The notes beneath the pieces were generated by a model that saw only the letters and a list, made by a program, of their open reading frames with translations, had not been told where the DNA came from and did not search any database. From the NCBI GenBank assembly GCA_031267755.1, contig JAIRYP010000011.1, positions 761 to 64,760 of the forward strand: a stretch of DNA of 64,000 nucleotides, read 5' to 3'. How positions within the stretch are numbered: position 1 is the first letter of the stretch; the number at the start of each line of letters is the position of its first letter. This document shows positions 21,021-30,003 of this stretch, in pieces. Position numbers and translations under genes: made by a program. The stretch comes from Clostridiales bacterium. GTDB lineage: Bacteria; Bacillota; Clostridia; Monoglobales; JAIRYP01.

Positions 21021-21332
21021 TCACAATTTAATTTCTATTTCAACTCCAGCTGGTAAATCCAAACTTTTAAAAACTTTTAAAGTTTTTTCATTTGGTTCAA
21101 AAATATAAATAAGTCTTTTATGAATTCTAAATTCAAACTGTTCACGACTATCTTTGTGTATATGTGTCGATCGTAAAATAGTCATAACTTTTCTTTCAAC
21201 AGGAAGCGGCACAGGTCCTGAAACTTTTGAACCTGTTCTTTTTGCAGCTTCTACAATACCGTTCGCTGATTGATCAAGCAAAAGAATGTCATAAGATTTT
21301 AATTTCACTTGAATTTTCTTTTGAACTTCCAA
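21021..21332 (-). CDS. rpsJ: 30S ribosomal protein S10
   Basis: 103 aa. TTG start 7 nt after [23 protein letters not shown]...GPVPLP. Confidence 0.95.
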   Translation of the reverse strand: MEVQKKIQVKLKSYDILLLDQSANGIVEAAKRTGSKVSGPVPLPVERKVMTILRSTHIHKDSREQFEFRIHKRLIYIFEPNEKTLKVFKSLDLPAGVEIEIKL

Positions 21333-21471
21333 ATTTAAACCTCCAAATTTTTACTTGCTAAAAATAAGTCTTAAAAAACTAAAAAGTCAAAAATTTTATT
21401 TTTAAAACAAAAAAATAATAACAGTTCAAAGCATTGTGTTTTAAATTTTCAATTTAACTTAACATTTAATT

Positions 21472-22068
21472 TTAAAAAAACATAACAATATTTTCTAACG
21501 CATTCTTTTTTATCATGCATATCGCTTGCTCGCATAAAAAACCTTTCATCTTTTTACTATCTAACGAAATTCTGCAAGAAAATTCAGTCAAAAATCTTTC
21601 CACATTAAAAAAATTAGTTACGGTATATGGAACAAATTCTGCAAAAAAGAAATTTTTATACTTGTAAAGCGCACTTTCACCAAAAAAAATTCCATCAATG
21701 GTTTTGAAAGCTTTGCATACTTCTTCGAAATTATCAAATTGAAATATATAAGAACTCGAACAATTGTTTTCATATTTTTTAATTTGGTCAATTTTATATT
21801 TTTGTTCTACACCAACAATTTCCGATTCAATTTTGGTGATAAACATAACCATACCATTTAATTTACGAGAAATTGCCTCAACGCACACTTTGGAATTTCC
21901 AAAATTAAAACTTATTTCTTTTTCGGCAACTCGCATTATATGCCAAAACAATTCTTCCATTTTTGAATTATTGCTATCTAAATTATTTAAATCGATATCC
22001 CATTTTTCTAAATCCTTATCACTCATAAAAACTTTTATTTTATTTACACCAACTCTTTCAATTTTCAT
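21472..22068 (-). CDS. mecA: Adapter protein MecA
   Basis: ORF 21472..22119. ATG 22068 lies 5 nt after GGAGGG and gives MKIERVGVNKIKVFMSDKDLEKWDI, the typical MecA N-terminus. Confidence 0.8.
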   Translation of the reverse strand: MKIERVGVNKIKVFMSDKDLEKWDIDLNNLDSNNSKMEELFWHIMRVAEKEISFNFGNSKVCVEAISRKLNGMVMFITKIESEIVGVEQKYKIDQIKKYENNCSSSYIFQFDNFEEVCKAFKTIDGIFFGESALYKYKNFFFAEFVPYTVTNFFNVERFLTEFSCRISLDSKKMKGFLCEQAICMIKKNALENIVMFF

Positions 22069-22206
22069 AAACACCCTCCAACAATCAAACAAATTTAAAA
22101 TTATTTCAATATAAACCATTAATATTAAAAATTTATTCGACCCTAAAAATTAAATATTTATCAAAACTACGTAGTATCCTTCTAATATAAAATACAATAA
22201 CAATAA

Positions 22207-22252
22207 ATGCAAATATTTTTAAAATTTTTATTACGCTATATAATATTTGCAT
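22207..22252. repeat. Perfect 11-bp inverted repeat ATGCAAATATT / AATATTTGCAT, 24-nt spacer
   Basis: Read directly. Arms at 22207-22217 and 22242-22252. The right arm overlaps a TATAAT hexamer (22239-22244) and the first in-frame TTG of the SLT ORF. Confidence 0.6.
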
Positions 22253-22924
22253 AACGTTTTTATGCGTATCATAAAGGTGGATAAAACCCTGTTTAAACAA
22301 AAAATAAGAATGATTTTTTTGAAAAAACTGAGTTCTATTACAAAAAAAAGTAAAAATAGCAATATTTTCAAAAAATCATTATCGGTATTTATAATTATTA
22401 CTATACTGTTATTTATAATATTTAATGTAGGTAAAAAAAATATTTTAAAAATAATTTATCCTATAAAATATGAAAAAATTGTGAAAAAATATTCAAAAGA
22501 AATGAATGTGGATAAATTTTTAATATATTCCATAATTAAGGTTGAAAGTAATTTTAAAGAAAAATCAATTTCAAGAAGCGGCGCAAAGGGCCTTATGCAG
22601 ATTATGAATGCTACTGCGAAAGAATGTGCAAACAAGGTTGGAATAAAAATTGTTTTGCCAGACGATTTGTTTAGCGCGGACTTAAACATAAGGCTTGGAA
22701 CTTTTTACATTAAAAATCTTTTAAAAAAGTATAATGATAATTTACCTATTGCGTTAGCTGCGTACAATGCGGGAATTGGAAATGTTAATTCTTGGTTTGG
22801 AAAAGATATTGGAAATATTAATTTTAACAAAATAATTAACAGAGTTCGTTTTTTTCAAACAAAAACTTATATAAAAAAAGTTATTTTTTATTATAAAAAA
22901 TACAAGAATATCTATAAAGAATAA
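22247..22924 (+). CDS. Lytic transglycosylase (SLT/GH23 domain), membrane-anchored
   Basis: 225 aa. Motifs VESNFKEKSISRSGAKGLMQI and AAYNAG. Has a TM segment (VFIIITILLFIIF). The true start is uncertain and could be ATG 22310. Confidence 0.85.
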   Translation: MHNVFMRIIKVDKTLFKQKIRMIFLKKLSSITKKSKNSNIFKKSLSVFIIITILLFIIFNVGKKNILKIIYPIKYEKIVKKYSKEMNVDKFLIYSIIKVESNFKEKSISRSGAKGLMQIMNATAKECANKVGIKIVLPDDLFSADLNIRLGTFYIKNLLKKYNDNLPIALAAYNAGIGNVNSWFGKDIGNINFNKIINRVRFFQTKTYIKKVIFYYKKYKNIYKE

Positions 22925-22961
22925 TATCTTAAATTATATAAACAAAAATTTGGGGGTAAAA

Positions 22962-24431
22962 ATGATTAAAGAAGAAAATTCAAAAAGTGTTCATGAATTG
23001 CTTTATGAAAAATTAATATTAAATAATAAAAATGGTTTTTCTAAAATTTCTGAAGAAGAAGAAAATAGCGAACAAAACGAAACAAAAAAAATGAAAATAG
23101 ATTCAATTAATAATTTTTGCAAAGATTATAAAATATTTTTAAAAAAATCTAAAACAGAACGTGAAACTGTTGATGAAGTTGTGAAATTATTGACTGATGA
23201 GGGATTTAGAGCTTTAGAAAATTTAGATACACTAAACAGTGGTGATAAAATTTATTCCGTAAATCGTGGCAAGGGTGTTTTGTCTGCGGTGATAGGAAGC
23301 GAACCTTTAGAAAAAGGGATAAGCATAATAGGAGCACATGTAGATGTTCCAAGATTGGATTTAAAACCAAATCCTTTGTTTGAAGAACATGGTAATGCAT
23401 ATTTAAAAACTCACTATTATGGAGGGATAAAAAAATATCAATGGCTTGCGATCCCGCTTGCGATTCACGGGACAATTGTCAAACAAGATGGGGCAAAAAT
23501 AAAAATTTGCATAGGCGAAAACGAAGAAGAACCGGTATTTTGCATAACTGATCTTTTGCCACATCTTGCACATGATCAGATGCAAAAAAAAATGAACGAA
23601 GCAATAAACGGAGAAATTTTAAATGTATTAGTTGGAAACATACCGCATGAAGAGAAAAAAGTGAAAGATAGGGTGAAATTTAACACTTTAAAATTAATAA
23701 ATGAAAAATACAATATAGTTGAAGAAGATTTTTTAAGTTGTGAAATAGAAATCGTTCCAGCATTCAATCCAAGAGATCTCGGATTTGATAGAAGTATGAT
23801 TGCCGCGTATGGGCACGATGATAGAGTGTGTACGTATGCTGCATGTCGAGCAATAATTGATGCCAAAGAACCGCCTAAAACTGCCGTTTGTATTCTTGTT
23901 GATAAAGAAGAGGTTGGAAGTCTTGGCAACACTGGAATGCAGTCTAGATTTTTTGAAGATAAAATTGCAAAAATTATCTCACTTAAAGAAAAAAGTTATT
24001 CAGATTTAATGCTTAGAGATACTTTTTCGAAATCCATATGTTTATCAGCTGATGTGGGGGTTGCGTACGACCCAAATTTTCCTGAAGTATTTGAAGAAAG
24101 AAACACTTCAATCATAAATGGAGGTGTGATGTTAAGCAAATATACAGGTTCTCGTGGAAAATCTGGAGCAAGTGATGCAAGTGCTGAACTTGTTGCAAGA
24201 ATTAGAAATATATTTAATAAAAATGGTGTTATATGGCAAATGGGTGGTTTTGGAAAGGTAGACATAGGAGGGGGAGGAACAATTGCTGCGTATGTTGCTA
24301 ATTTAAATATAGATACTATAGATTGTGGTGTTCCACTTTTTTCAATGCATGCTCCATATGAAATTGCAGGAAAATTTGATATTTTTATGGCATATAAAGG
24401 TTATAAAGCATTTTATGAAGATAAAGATTAA
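22962..24431 (+). CDS. M18-family aminopeptidase
   Basis: ORF 22950..24431. ATG 22962 lies 4 nt after GGGGGT. Motifs IGAHVDVPRLDLKP, YGHDDRVC, DKEEVGS and SMHAPYE are typical of M18. Confidence 0.85.
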   Translation: MIKEENSKSVHELLYEKLILNNKNGFSKISEEEENSEQNETKKMKIDSINNFCKDYKIFLKKSKTERETVDEVVKLLTDEGFRALENLDTLNSGDKIYSVNRGKGVLSAVIGSEPLEKGISIIGAHVDVPRLDLKPNPLFEEHGNAYLKTHYYGGIKKYQWLAIPLAIHGTIVKQDGAKIKICIGENEEEPVFCITDLLPHLAHDQMQKKMNEAINGEILNVLVGNIPHEEKKVKDRVKFNTLKLINEKYNIVEEDFLSCEIEIVPAFNPRDLGFDRSMIAAYGHDDRVCTYAACRAIIDAKEPPKTAVCILVDKEEVGSLGNTGMQSRFFEDKIAKIISLKEKSYSDLMLRDTFSKSICLSADVGVAYDPNFPEVFEERNTSIINGGVMLSKYTGSRGKSGASDASAELVARIRNIFNKNGVIWQMGGFGKVDIGGGGTIAAYVANLNIDTIDCGVPLFSMHAPYEIAGKFDIFMAYKGYKAFYEDKD

Positions 24432-24518
24432 TTCGCAATTTTCGAATGTAATGCTAATTTTTATAAAAAACATAGTAATTTTTATTCAAATAATAAGTTG
24501 TTAATTATTCTAGATATT

Positions 24519-24548
24519 AAAAGATAAATATATAAAAATTTATCTTTT
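24519..24548 (+). terminator. AT-rich hairpin downstream of the aminopeptidase gene
   Basis: AAAAGATAAAT (24519-24529) pairs with ATTTATCTTTT (24538-24548), loop of 8 nt. The stem has only one G-C pair, so it is weak. Confidence 0.3.
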
Positions 24549-24628
24549 AATTTGTTTGACAGGAATCATTTAAAAAATGTTTAAAACGCTTTGGCTGTGT
24601 TTCAATATCAAAAACGAAGGGGACTAAT

Positions 24629-26395
24629 TTGAATATTGAAAATAAAGAAATAATTAAATGGATAAAAGAAATACAAGATCTTTGCAAACCGAAAAAAATT
24701 TTGATTATAGATGGAAGTGAAAAGCAACTTGAAATATTGAGAAATAAAGCGATAAAAGAAGGGGAAATTGAAAAGCTAGATAATAAAAAATTTCCAAACT
24801 GTTTTTTACATAGAACGATGGAAAACGATGTTGCAAGAGTTGAAGATAAAACATACATTTGCACCGAAACCAAAGAAGAAGCAGGACCAACAAATAATTG
24901 GATGCGTCCTAAAGAAGCGTACACTAAATTAAGAATATTATTTAAAGAATCAATGAAAAACAAAACTATGTATGTAATACCTTTTATGATGGGGCCTCCA
25001 AAATCACAATTTACTAAATTTGGGATTGAAATTACCGACAGTATTTATGTAGTTTTAAATATGTGTATAATGACAAGAGTTAATAAAACCATAATGAATG
25101 AAATAAAAGATAATATTAAATTTACAAAATGCCTACATTCAAAAAAAGATATAAATTTAGACGAGAGATATATTATGCATTTTCCGAAAGATAATACGAT
25201 TTGGTCCATCAATTCAGCATATGGTGGAAATGCATTGCTTGGAAAAAAATGTTTAGCCCTAAGAATTGCAAGTTATATGGCAAAAAACGAAGGTTGGCTT
25301 GCAGAACATATGTTAATTTTGGGAATAGAAAAACCAAATGGCGAAATATGTTATTTGGCTGCAGCTTTTCCTAGTGCATGTGGGAAAACAAATCTTGCAA
25401 TGTTAATTCCACCAAAAAAATTTAAGGATTATAAAATTTGGACCGTAGGTGACGATATAGCGTGGTTGAAAATTGGTGAAGATGGAAGACTATGGGCGCT
25501 TAATCCTGAGAATGGCTTTTTTGGAGTTGCAACTGGAACAAGTGCCAAAACTAATTTAAATGCATTAGAAACAGTTAAAAAAAATTCCATATTCACAAAT
25601 GTCCTCAAAAAAGATGATAACATTGTATGGTGGGAAGGAATGGATGAAGAAGTTCCAGAACACGGAATAGATTGGAAAGGAAAAGAATGGACGCCGAATT
25701 TGAACACAAAAGGCGCGCATCCAAATTCAAGATTTACTTCTCCTGCAAACCAATGCCCGTGCATTTCGGCAGAATGGGAAAACCCAAATGGTGTCCCGCT
25801 TTCTGCAATTATTTTTGGAGGACGTAGAGCGGAGTTAACGCCTCTTGTTTATGAATCATTTAATTGGAATCATGGAATATTTGTTGGTGCAAGTATGTCA
25901 TCTGAAACTACAGCAGCCTCAAATGGAAATATTGGGGTCGTGAGACGAGATCCTATGGCTATGCTTCCGTTTTGTGGTTACAACATGGCTGATTATTTTG
26001 CTCATTGGTTTGAAATTGGCAAAAAAATTACAAATCCTCCAAAAATATTTAACGTAAATTGGTTTAGGATTAATAAAAATAATGAATTTATGTGGCCTGG
26101 ATATAGAGAAAATTTTCGTATTTTAAAATGGATTATCGATAGATGCGAAAACAACGTATCATCTCTTAAAACAGAAATTGGGTACTTGCCGCTTAAAACC
26201 AATATTGATTGGAGCGAATTAGATATTGATGATAATACAATAAATGAGTTATTTAAAATTAATAAAAAATTATGGATGAATGAAATTGAAGATTTAGAAA
26301 TATTTTTTAAAAATTTTGGTGAAAAAATGCCAAATGAAATAGGAAAAGAATTAAAAGGTTTAAGTGAAAGATTTGGAGATCAAAAATTTGCATGA
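24629..26395 (+). CDS. pckG: Phosphoenolpyruvate carboxykinase (GTP)
   Basis: 588 aa. TTG start 5 nt after GAAGGGGA. GTP-PEPCK motifs (FPSACGKTNLAML, NNWM, GDDIAWL). Confidence 0.9.
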   Translation: MNIENKEIIKWIKEIQDLCKPKKILIIDGSEKQLEILRNKAIKEGEIEKLDNKKFPNCFLHRTMENDVARVEDKTYICTETKEEAGPTNNWMRPKEAYTKLRILFKESMKNKTMYVIPFMMGPPKSQFTKFGIEITDSIYVVLNMCIMTRVNKTIMNEIKDNIKFTKCLHSKKDINLDERYIMHFPKDNTIWSINSAYGGNALLGKKCLALRIASYMAKNEGWLAEHMLILGIEKPNGEICYLAAAFPSACGKTNLAMLIPPKKFKDYKIWTVGDDIAWLKIGEDGRLWALNPENGFFGVATGTSAKTNLNALETVKKNSIFTNVLKKDDNIVWWEGMDEEVPEHGIDWKGKEWTPNLNTKGAHPNSRFTSPANQCPCISAEWENPNGVPLSAIIFGGRRAELTPLVYESFNWNHGIFVGASMSSETTAASNGNIGVVRRDPMAMLPFCGYNMADYFAHWFEIGKKITNPPKIFNVNWFRINKNNEFMWPGYRENFRILKWIIDRCENNVSSLKTEIGYLPLKTNIDWSELDIDDNTINELFKINKKLWMNEIEDLEIFFKNFGEKMPNEIGKELKGLSERFGDQKFA

Positions 26396-27051
26396 ATAAA
26401 TTACCGAGCCCAAATATAATATTTCCAATAAAAAATGTAAAAACGGTTCAATATGTGAAACCAACTATTAAAAATTCAAATATTATTGTAGGTGATTTTA
26501 CTTATTTTTCAGATTTAAATTTTGAAAAACATGTTACAAATCATTATGAATTTTATGGTGACAAGCTTATAATTGGTAAATTTTGTCAAATTGCGTCTGG
26601 TGTGGAGTTTATTATGAACGGTGCAAATCATAAAACGAATGCTGTTTCCACCTTTCCTTTTTACATTTTTGAAGGTTGGGAACAGGAAGCACCATCTTTG
26701 TTAGAGATGCCAATAAAAGGTGACACAATTATTGGAAACGATGTTTGGATAGGCCAAAATGTTACCATTTTGCCAGGAGTTAATATTGGAAATGGCGTTA
26801 TTATTGGTGCAAATTCTGTTGTTACAACTGATGTAAAATCCTATACAATTGTTGCAGGAAATCCCGCAAGATTTATACGAAAACGTTTTGACGATGATTT
26901 AATAGATTTACTTCAAGAATTTAAATGGTGGAATTTATCAATTAAAGAAATTAATTCAATAATACCGGTTTTATCAAGTAGCGATTTACTTAAAACAAAA
27001 AAATTTTTAAAAGAAAAAAATGAGCAATTGAAGAGTAAAAAAATAATATAA
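26392..27051 (+). CDS. vat: Vat-family streptogramin A O-acetyltransferase-like (hexapeptide-repeat xenobiotic acetyltransferase)
   Basis: 219 aa. Long colinear matches to Vat(D) as I remember it: GKFCQIASGVEFIMNGANH, PIKGDTIIGNDVWIGQNVTILPGVNIGNGVIIGANSVV, AGNPARFIRKRFDDD, KWWN. Its ATG overlaps the pckG stop (ATGA). Confidence 0.85.
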   Translation: MNKLPSPNIIFPIKNVKTVQYVKPTIKNSNIIVGDFTYFSDLNFEKHVTNHYEFYGDKLIIGKFCQIASGVEFIMNGANHKTNAVSTFPFYIFEGWEQEAPSLLEMPIKGDTIIGNDVWIGQNVTILPGVNIGNGVIIGANSVVTTDVKSYTIVAGNPARFIRKRFDDDLIDLLQEFKWWNLSIKEINSIIPVLSSSDLLKTKKFLKEKNEQLKSKKII

Positions 27052-27060
27052 AAATTTATT

Positions 27061-27074
27061 GCGCCCTAAGGCGC
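27061..27074. terminator. Short GC-rich hairpin between convergent vat-like gene and adhE
   Basis: GCGCC-CTAA-GGCGC. It is the only GC-rich stem-loop I saw in any intergenic region here. The stem is only 5 bp and the flanking T/A runs are imperfect. Confidence 0.35.
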
Positions 27075-27174
27075 TAATTGTAATATAAAGCTAAACAATT
27101 AAAAATAATACTTAATATATTAATTATTTTTTTAAATTAATAATGCAAAAATTTAAATTTGTTAAAAAAATTTA

Positions 27175-29763
27175 TCAGTACGCATTTATATAGATTTGTT
27201 CAAGTTCTGAAATGAGTGGCATTCTTGGATTTGCGTTTGTACACTGATCTCCGTATGCCTTTTCGGCAAGTTCGGAAACTTTAGACATGAAATCATGTTC
27301 TGCAATTCCACACTCTCTGAATGTTTTAGGCATATTAAGAGTTGCCATTAATTTTGATACTGCCCATATTAGTGATTCGACTCCGGAATTTACTGTTGAT
27401 GCAGGATAACCTAACATTTTTGAAATTTCAGCATATTTTTCGTCTGCAATAAATTTTTCATACTTAGGAAAAGCTGTGAATTTTGTTGGTTTTTGTGCAT
27501 TATAAGAAATTATATATGGCAAAAGAACAGCGTTTGCTCGTCCGTGAGGAACATGGAATTCACCTCCAATTTTATGTGCAAGCGAATGACCAATTCCTAA
27601 AAAAGCATTAGTGAATGCCATACCAGCAATAGTACTTGCATTATGCATTTTTTCTTTTGCTAACTTTTCTCCATTATACGATCTTGGTAAATATTCAAAT
27701 ACAAGCTGAATTGCCTTCATTGCGAGTGCATCAGTAAAATCTGAAGCAAGAACCGAAACATATGATTCAATTGCATGTGTAAGCACGTCAAGTCCAGTAT
27801 CGGCAACAACGGCTTGTGGCAGTGAATAAACAAAATTTGGATCAATTATTGCAACATTTGGAGTTAAATTATAATCCGCAATCGGATATTTCATATTATT
27901 GACTTTGTCTGAAATAACAGAAAATGATGTAACTTCGGAACCAGTTCCACTTGTTGTTGGTATTGCAACTAAATTTGCCTTTTTGCCAAGAGTTGGAAAA
28001 TTATAAGCTCTTTTTCGAATATCCATAAATTTGATAGACATCGCTTGAAAATCAACACATGGCTGTTCATAAAAAAGCCACATTCCCTTTGCGGCATCTA
28101 TAACGCTCCCTCCACCTATTGCAATGATCGTATCCGGGCCAAATGCATTCATATTTTCAGTACCCTTTAATATTGTTTCAAGAGAAGGGTCAGGTTCAAT
28201 ATTCGAAAAAGTTTCACAATGTACGAAATTTTTTCTTTTTTGAAGATAATACATGACTCTGTCCACATATCCAAGATCCACCATAAATTTATCCGTAACA
28301 ATAAACGCTTTAGAAATATTTTCCATACTTTCAAGATATTGAATTGAATTTTCTTCAAAATATATTTTACTTGGAATTTTAAACCATTGCATATTTTTTC
28401 TTCTTTTTGACACTCTTTTTAAATTTAATAAGTTAACTGTTGAAACATTCGACGTAGTTGAATTACTTCCATAACTTCCGCAACCCAAAGTCAACGACGG
28501 CGTTCCGGTGTTATAGATATCTCCAATTGCACCATGAGTTGATGGAGAATTAACTATTACTCTACCAGCTTTTACTGTTTTTGAAAATAATTTTATTATC
28601 TTTTCGTTTTCGGAGTGAATAACCGCAGAGTGACCAAGACCTCCAAATTCAATAAGACTTTCGGATTTTTGAAGCCCTTCTTCAATGCTAAAAACACAGT
28701 AACACGCAAGCACAGGGCTCAGTTTTTCACGTGATAACGGATAATTTGGCCCTATTCCATCAAGCCTCACAATCAAAATTTTTGTATCATCAGGAACATA
28801 AATGCCAGCCATATTAGCAATTTTTATTGCCGACTGTCCAACAATATCTGGAGATATCGCATGTTTTTCATAGTTATACATAACAGATTCTAATATTATT
28901 TTTTCTTCTTCATTTACAAAATAACATCCATTTTGTTCCATAAGATTTTTAAATTCTTCAAAAATCTCTTCATCAACAATTACCGCTTGTTCAGATGCGC
29001 AAATCATACCATTATCAAAAGTTTTTGAAAGTATTAAGTCATTCACGGCACGTTTTAAATTCGCGCTTTTTTCAATATAACACGGAACATTACCAGCACC
29101 CACTCCAAGAGCCGGTTTTCCTGCACTATAAGCAGATTTTACCATTCCCGGACCGCCCGTTGCAAGTATTAATGAAACACCTGGATGATTCATAAGAGCG
29201 TTTGTATTTTCGATTGATGGCTCCTCAATCCAACCAATACAATTTTTTGGTGCACCAGCAGCTATTGCTGCATCATACATAATTTTGGCAGCCCATGCAC
29301 TGCATTTTTGTGCTGATGGATGAAAGCCAAATATAATGGGATTTCTCGATTTTAAAGCAATTATAGCTTTAAACATAACAGTTGAAGTTGGATTTGTAAC
29401 AGGAGTCACTGCACAAATCACTCCTACAGGGTCTGCAATTATAGCATAACCATCATGATCATTTTCCTCTATAATTCCAACAGTTTTGGCGTTTTTGATA
29501 TTATAATATACATTCTCTGTCGCAAAAGTATTTTTAATCATTTTGTCTTCATAAACACCTCTGCCGGTTTCTTGCACTGCATATTTTGCAAGTTCCTTAT
29601 GATTAAGTTGGCCATATATTGCCATATTTTTAATTATCTTATTAACAGCTTCTTGATCAAATTTCATAAATTCTTCAAGTGAAATCTTTGCGCTTTCAAC
29701 AAGATTATCAACTTGACTTGCAAATTCATAAACGGGTTCAGCATAACTTTTGGCTTCAGACAT
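27175..29763 (-). CDS. adhE: Bifunctional acetaldehyde-CoA/alcohol dehydrogenase
   Basis: 862 aa. N-terminal aldehyde dehydrogenase domain plus C-terminal iron-containing ADH domain (GGGSVIDAAK, HSLAHKIGGEFHVPHG). Confidence 0.95.
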   Translation of the reverse strand: MSEAKSYAEPVYEFASQVDNLVESAKISLEEFMKFDQEAVNKIIKNMAIYGQLNHKELAKYAVQETGRGVYEDKMIKNTFATENVYYNIKNAKTVGIIEENDHDGYAIIADPVGVICAVTPVTNPTSTVMFKAIIALKSRNPIIFGFHPSAQKCSAWAAKIMYDAAIAAGAPKNCIGWIEEPSIENTNALMNHPGVSLILATGGPGMVKSAYSAGKPALGVGAGNVPCYIEKSANLKRAVNDLILSKTFDNGMICASEQAVIVDEEIFEEFKNLMEQNGCYFVNEEEKIILESVMYNYEKHAISPDIVGQSAIKIANMAGIYVPDDTKILIVRLDGIGPNYPLSREKLSPVLACYCVFSIEEGLQKSESLIEFGGLGHSAVIHSENEKIIKLFSKTVKAGRVIVNSPSTHGAIGDIYNTGTPSLTLGCGSYGSNSTTSNVSTVNLLNLKRVSKRRKNMQWFKIPSKIYFEENSIQYLESMENISKAFIVTDKFMVDLGYVDRVMYYLQKRKNFVHCETFSNIEPDPSLETILKGTENMNAFGPDTIIAIGGGSVIDAAKGMWLFYEQPCVDFQAMSIKFMDIRKRAYNFPTLGKKANLVAIPTTSGTGSEVTSFSVISDKVNNMKYPIADYNLTPNVAIIDPNFVYSLPQAVVADTGLDVLTHAIESYVSVLASDFTDALAMKAIQLVFEYLPRSYNGEKLAKEKMHNASTIAGMAFTNAFLGIGHSLAHKIGGEFHVPHGRANAVLLPYIISYNAQKPTKFTAFPKYEKFIADEKYAEISKMLGYPASTVNSGVESLIWAVSKLMATLNMPKTFRECGIAEHDFMSKVSELAEKAYGDQCTNANPRMPLISELEQIYINAY

Positions 29764-29886
29764 ATTTATTTACCTCCCAAATATTGTATTTCTTTATTGC
29801 TATTCTAACCACGAAAATCAAATATATTAATTTTTATTGTTTTATTTAGTTTTAAATTTGTTAATATAAAAACAAATCATTAAATT

Positions 29887-29915
29887 TTGACATTGTACTC
29901 AGATTATGTTATATT
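29887..29915 (+). promoter_or_regulatory. Sigma-A-like promoter for the ABC importer operon
   Basis: TTGACA (29887-29892), 17-nt spacer ending in TG, then TATATT (29910-29915). About 90 nt upstream of the GTG start. Confidence 0.5.
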
Positions 29916-29933
29916 TATTGAAATTTGCTCAAT

Positions 29934-29957
29934 ATTTTATTTTATCGAAAATAAAAT
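29934..29957 (+). promoter_or_regulatory. Perfect 10-bp inverted repeat ATTTTATTTT-ATCG-AAAATAAAAT in the operon leader
   Basis: Read directly. Lies between the putative promoter and the SD AAGAGGAGAG. Confidence 0.4.
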
Positions 29958-30003
29958 GAAATTATTGGAATAACTAAAAATTTAAATTAAGAGGAGAGCT
30001 AAT

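Noticed and set aside
24547-24963. 138-aa minus-strand ORF
   Set aside because: It is antisense to the pckG 5' region and its promoter. It is hydrophobic and low-complexity, as is typical of antisense frames.
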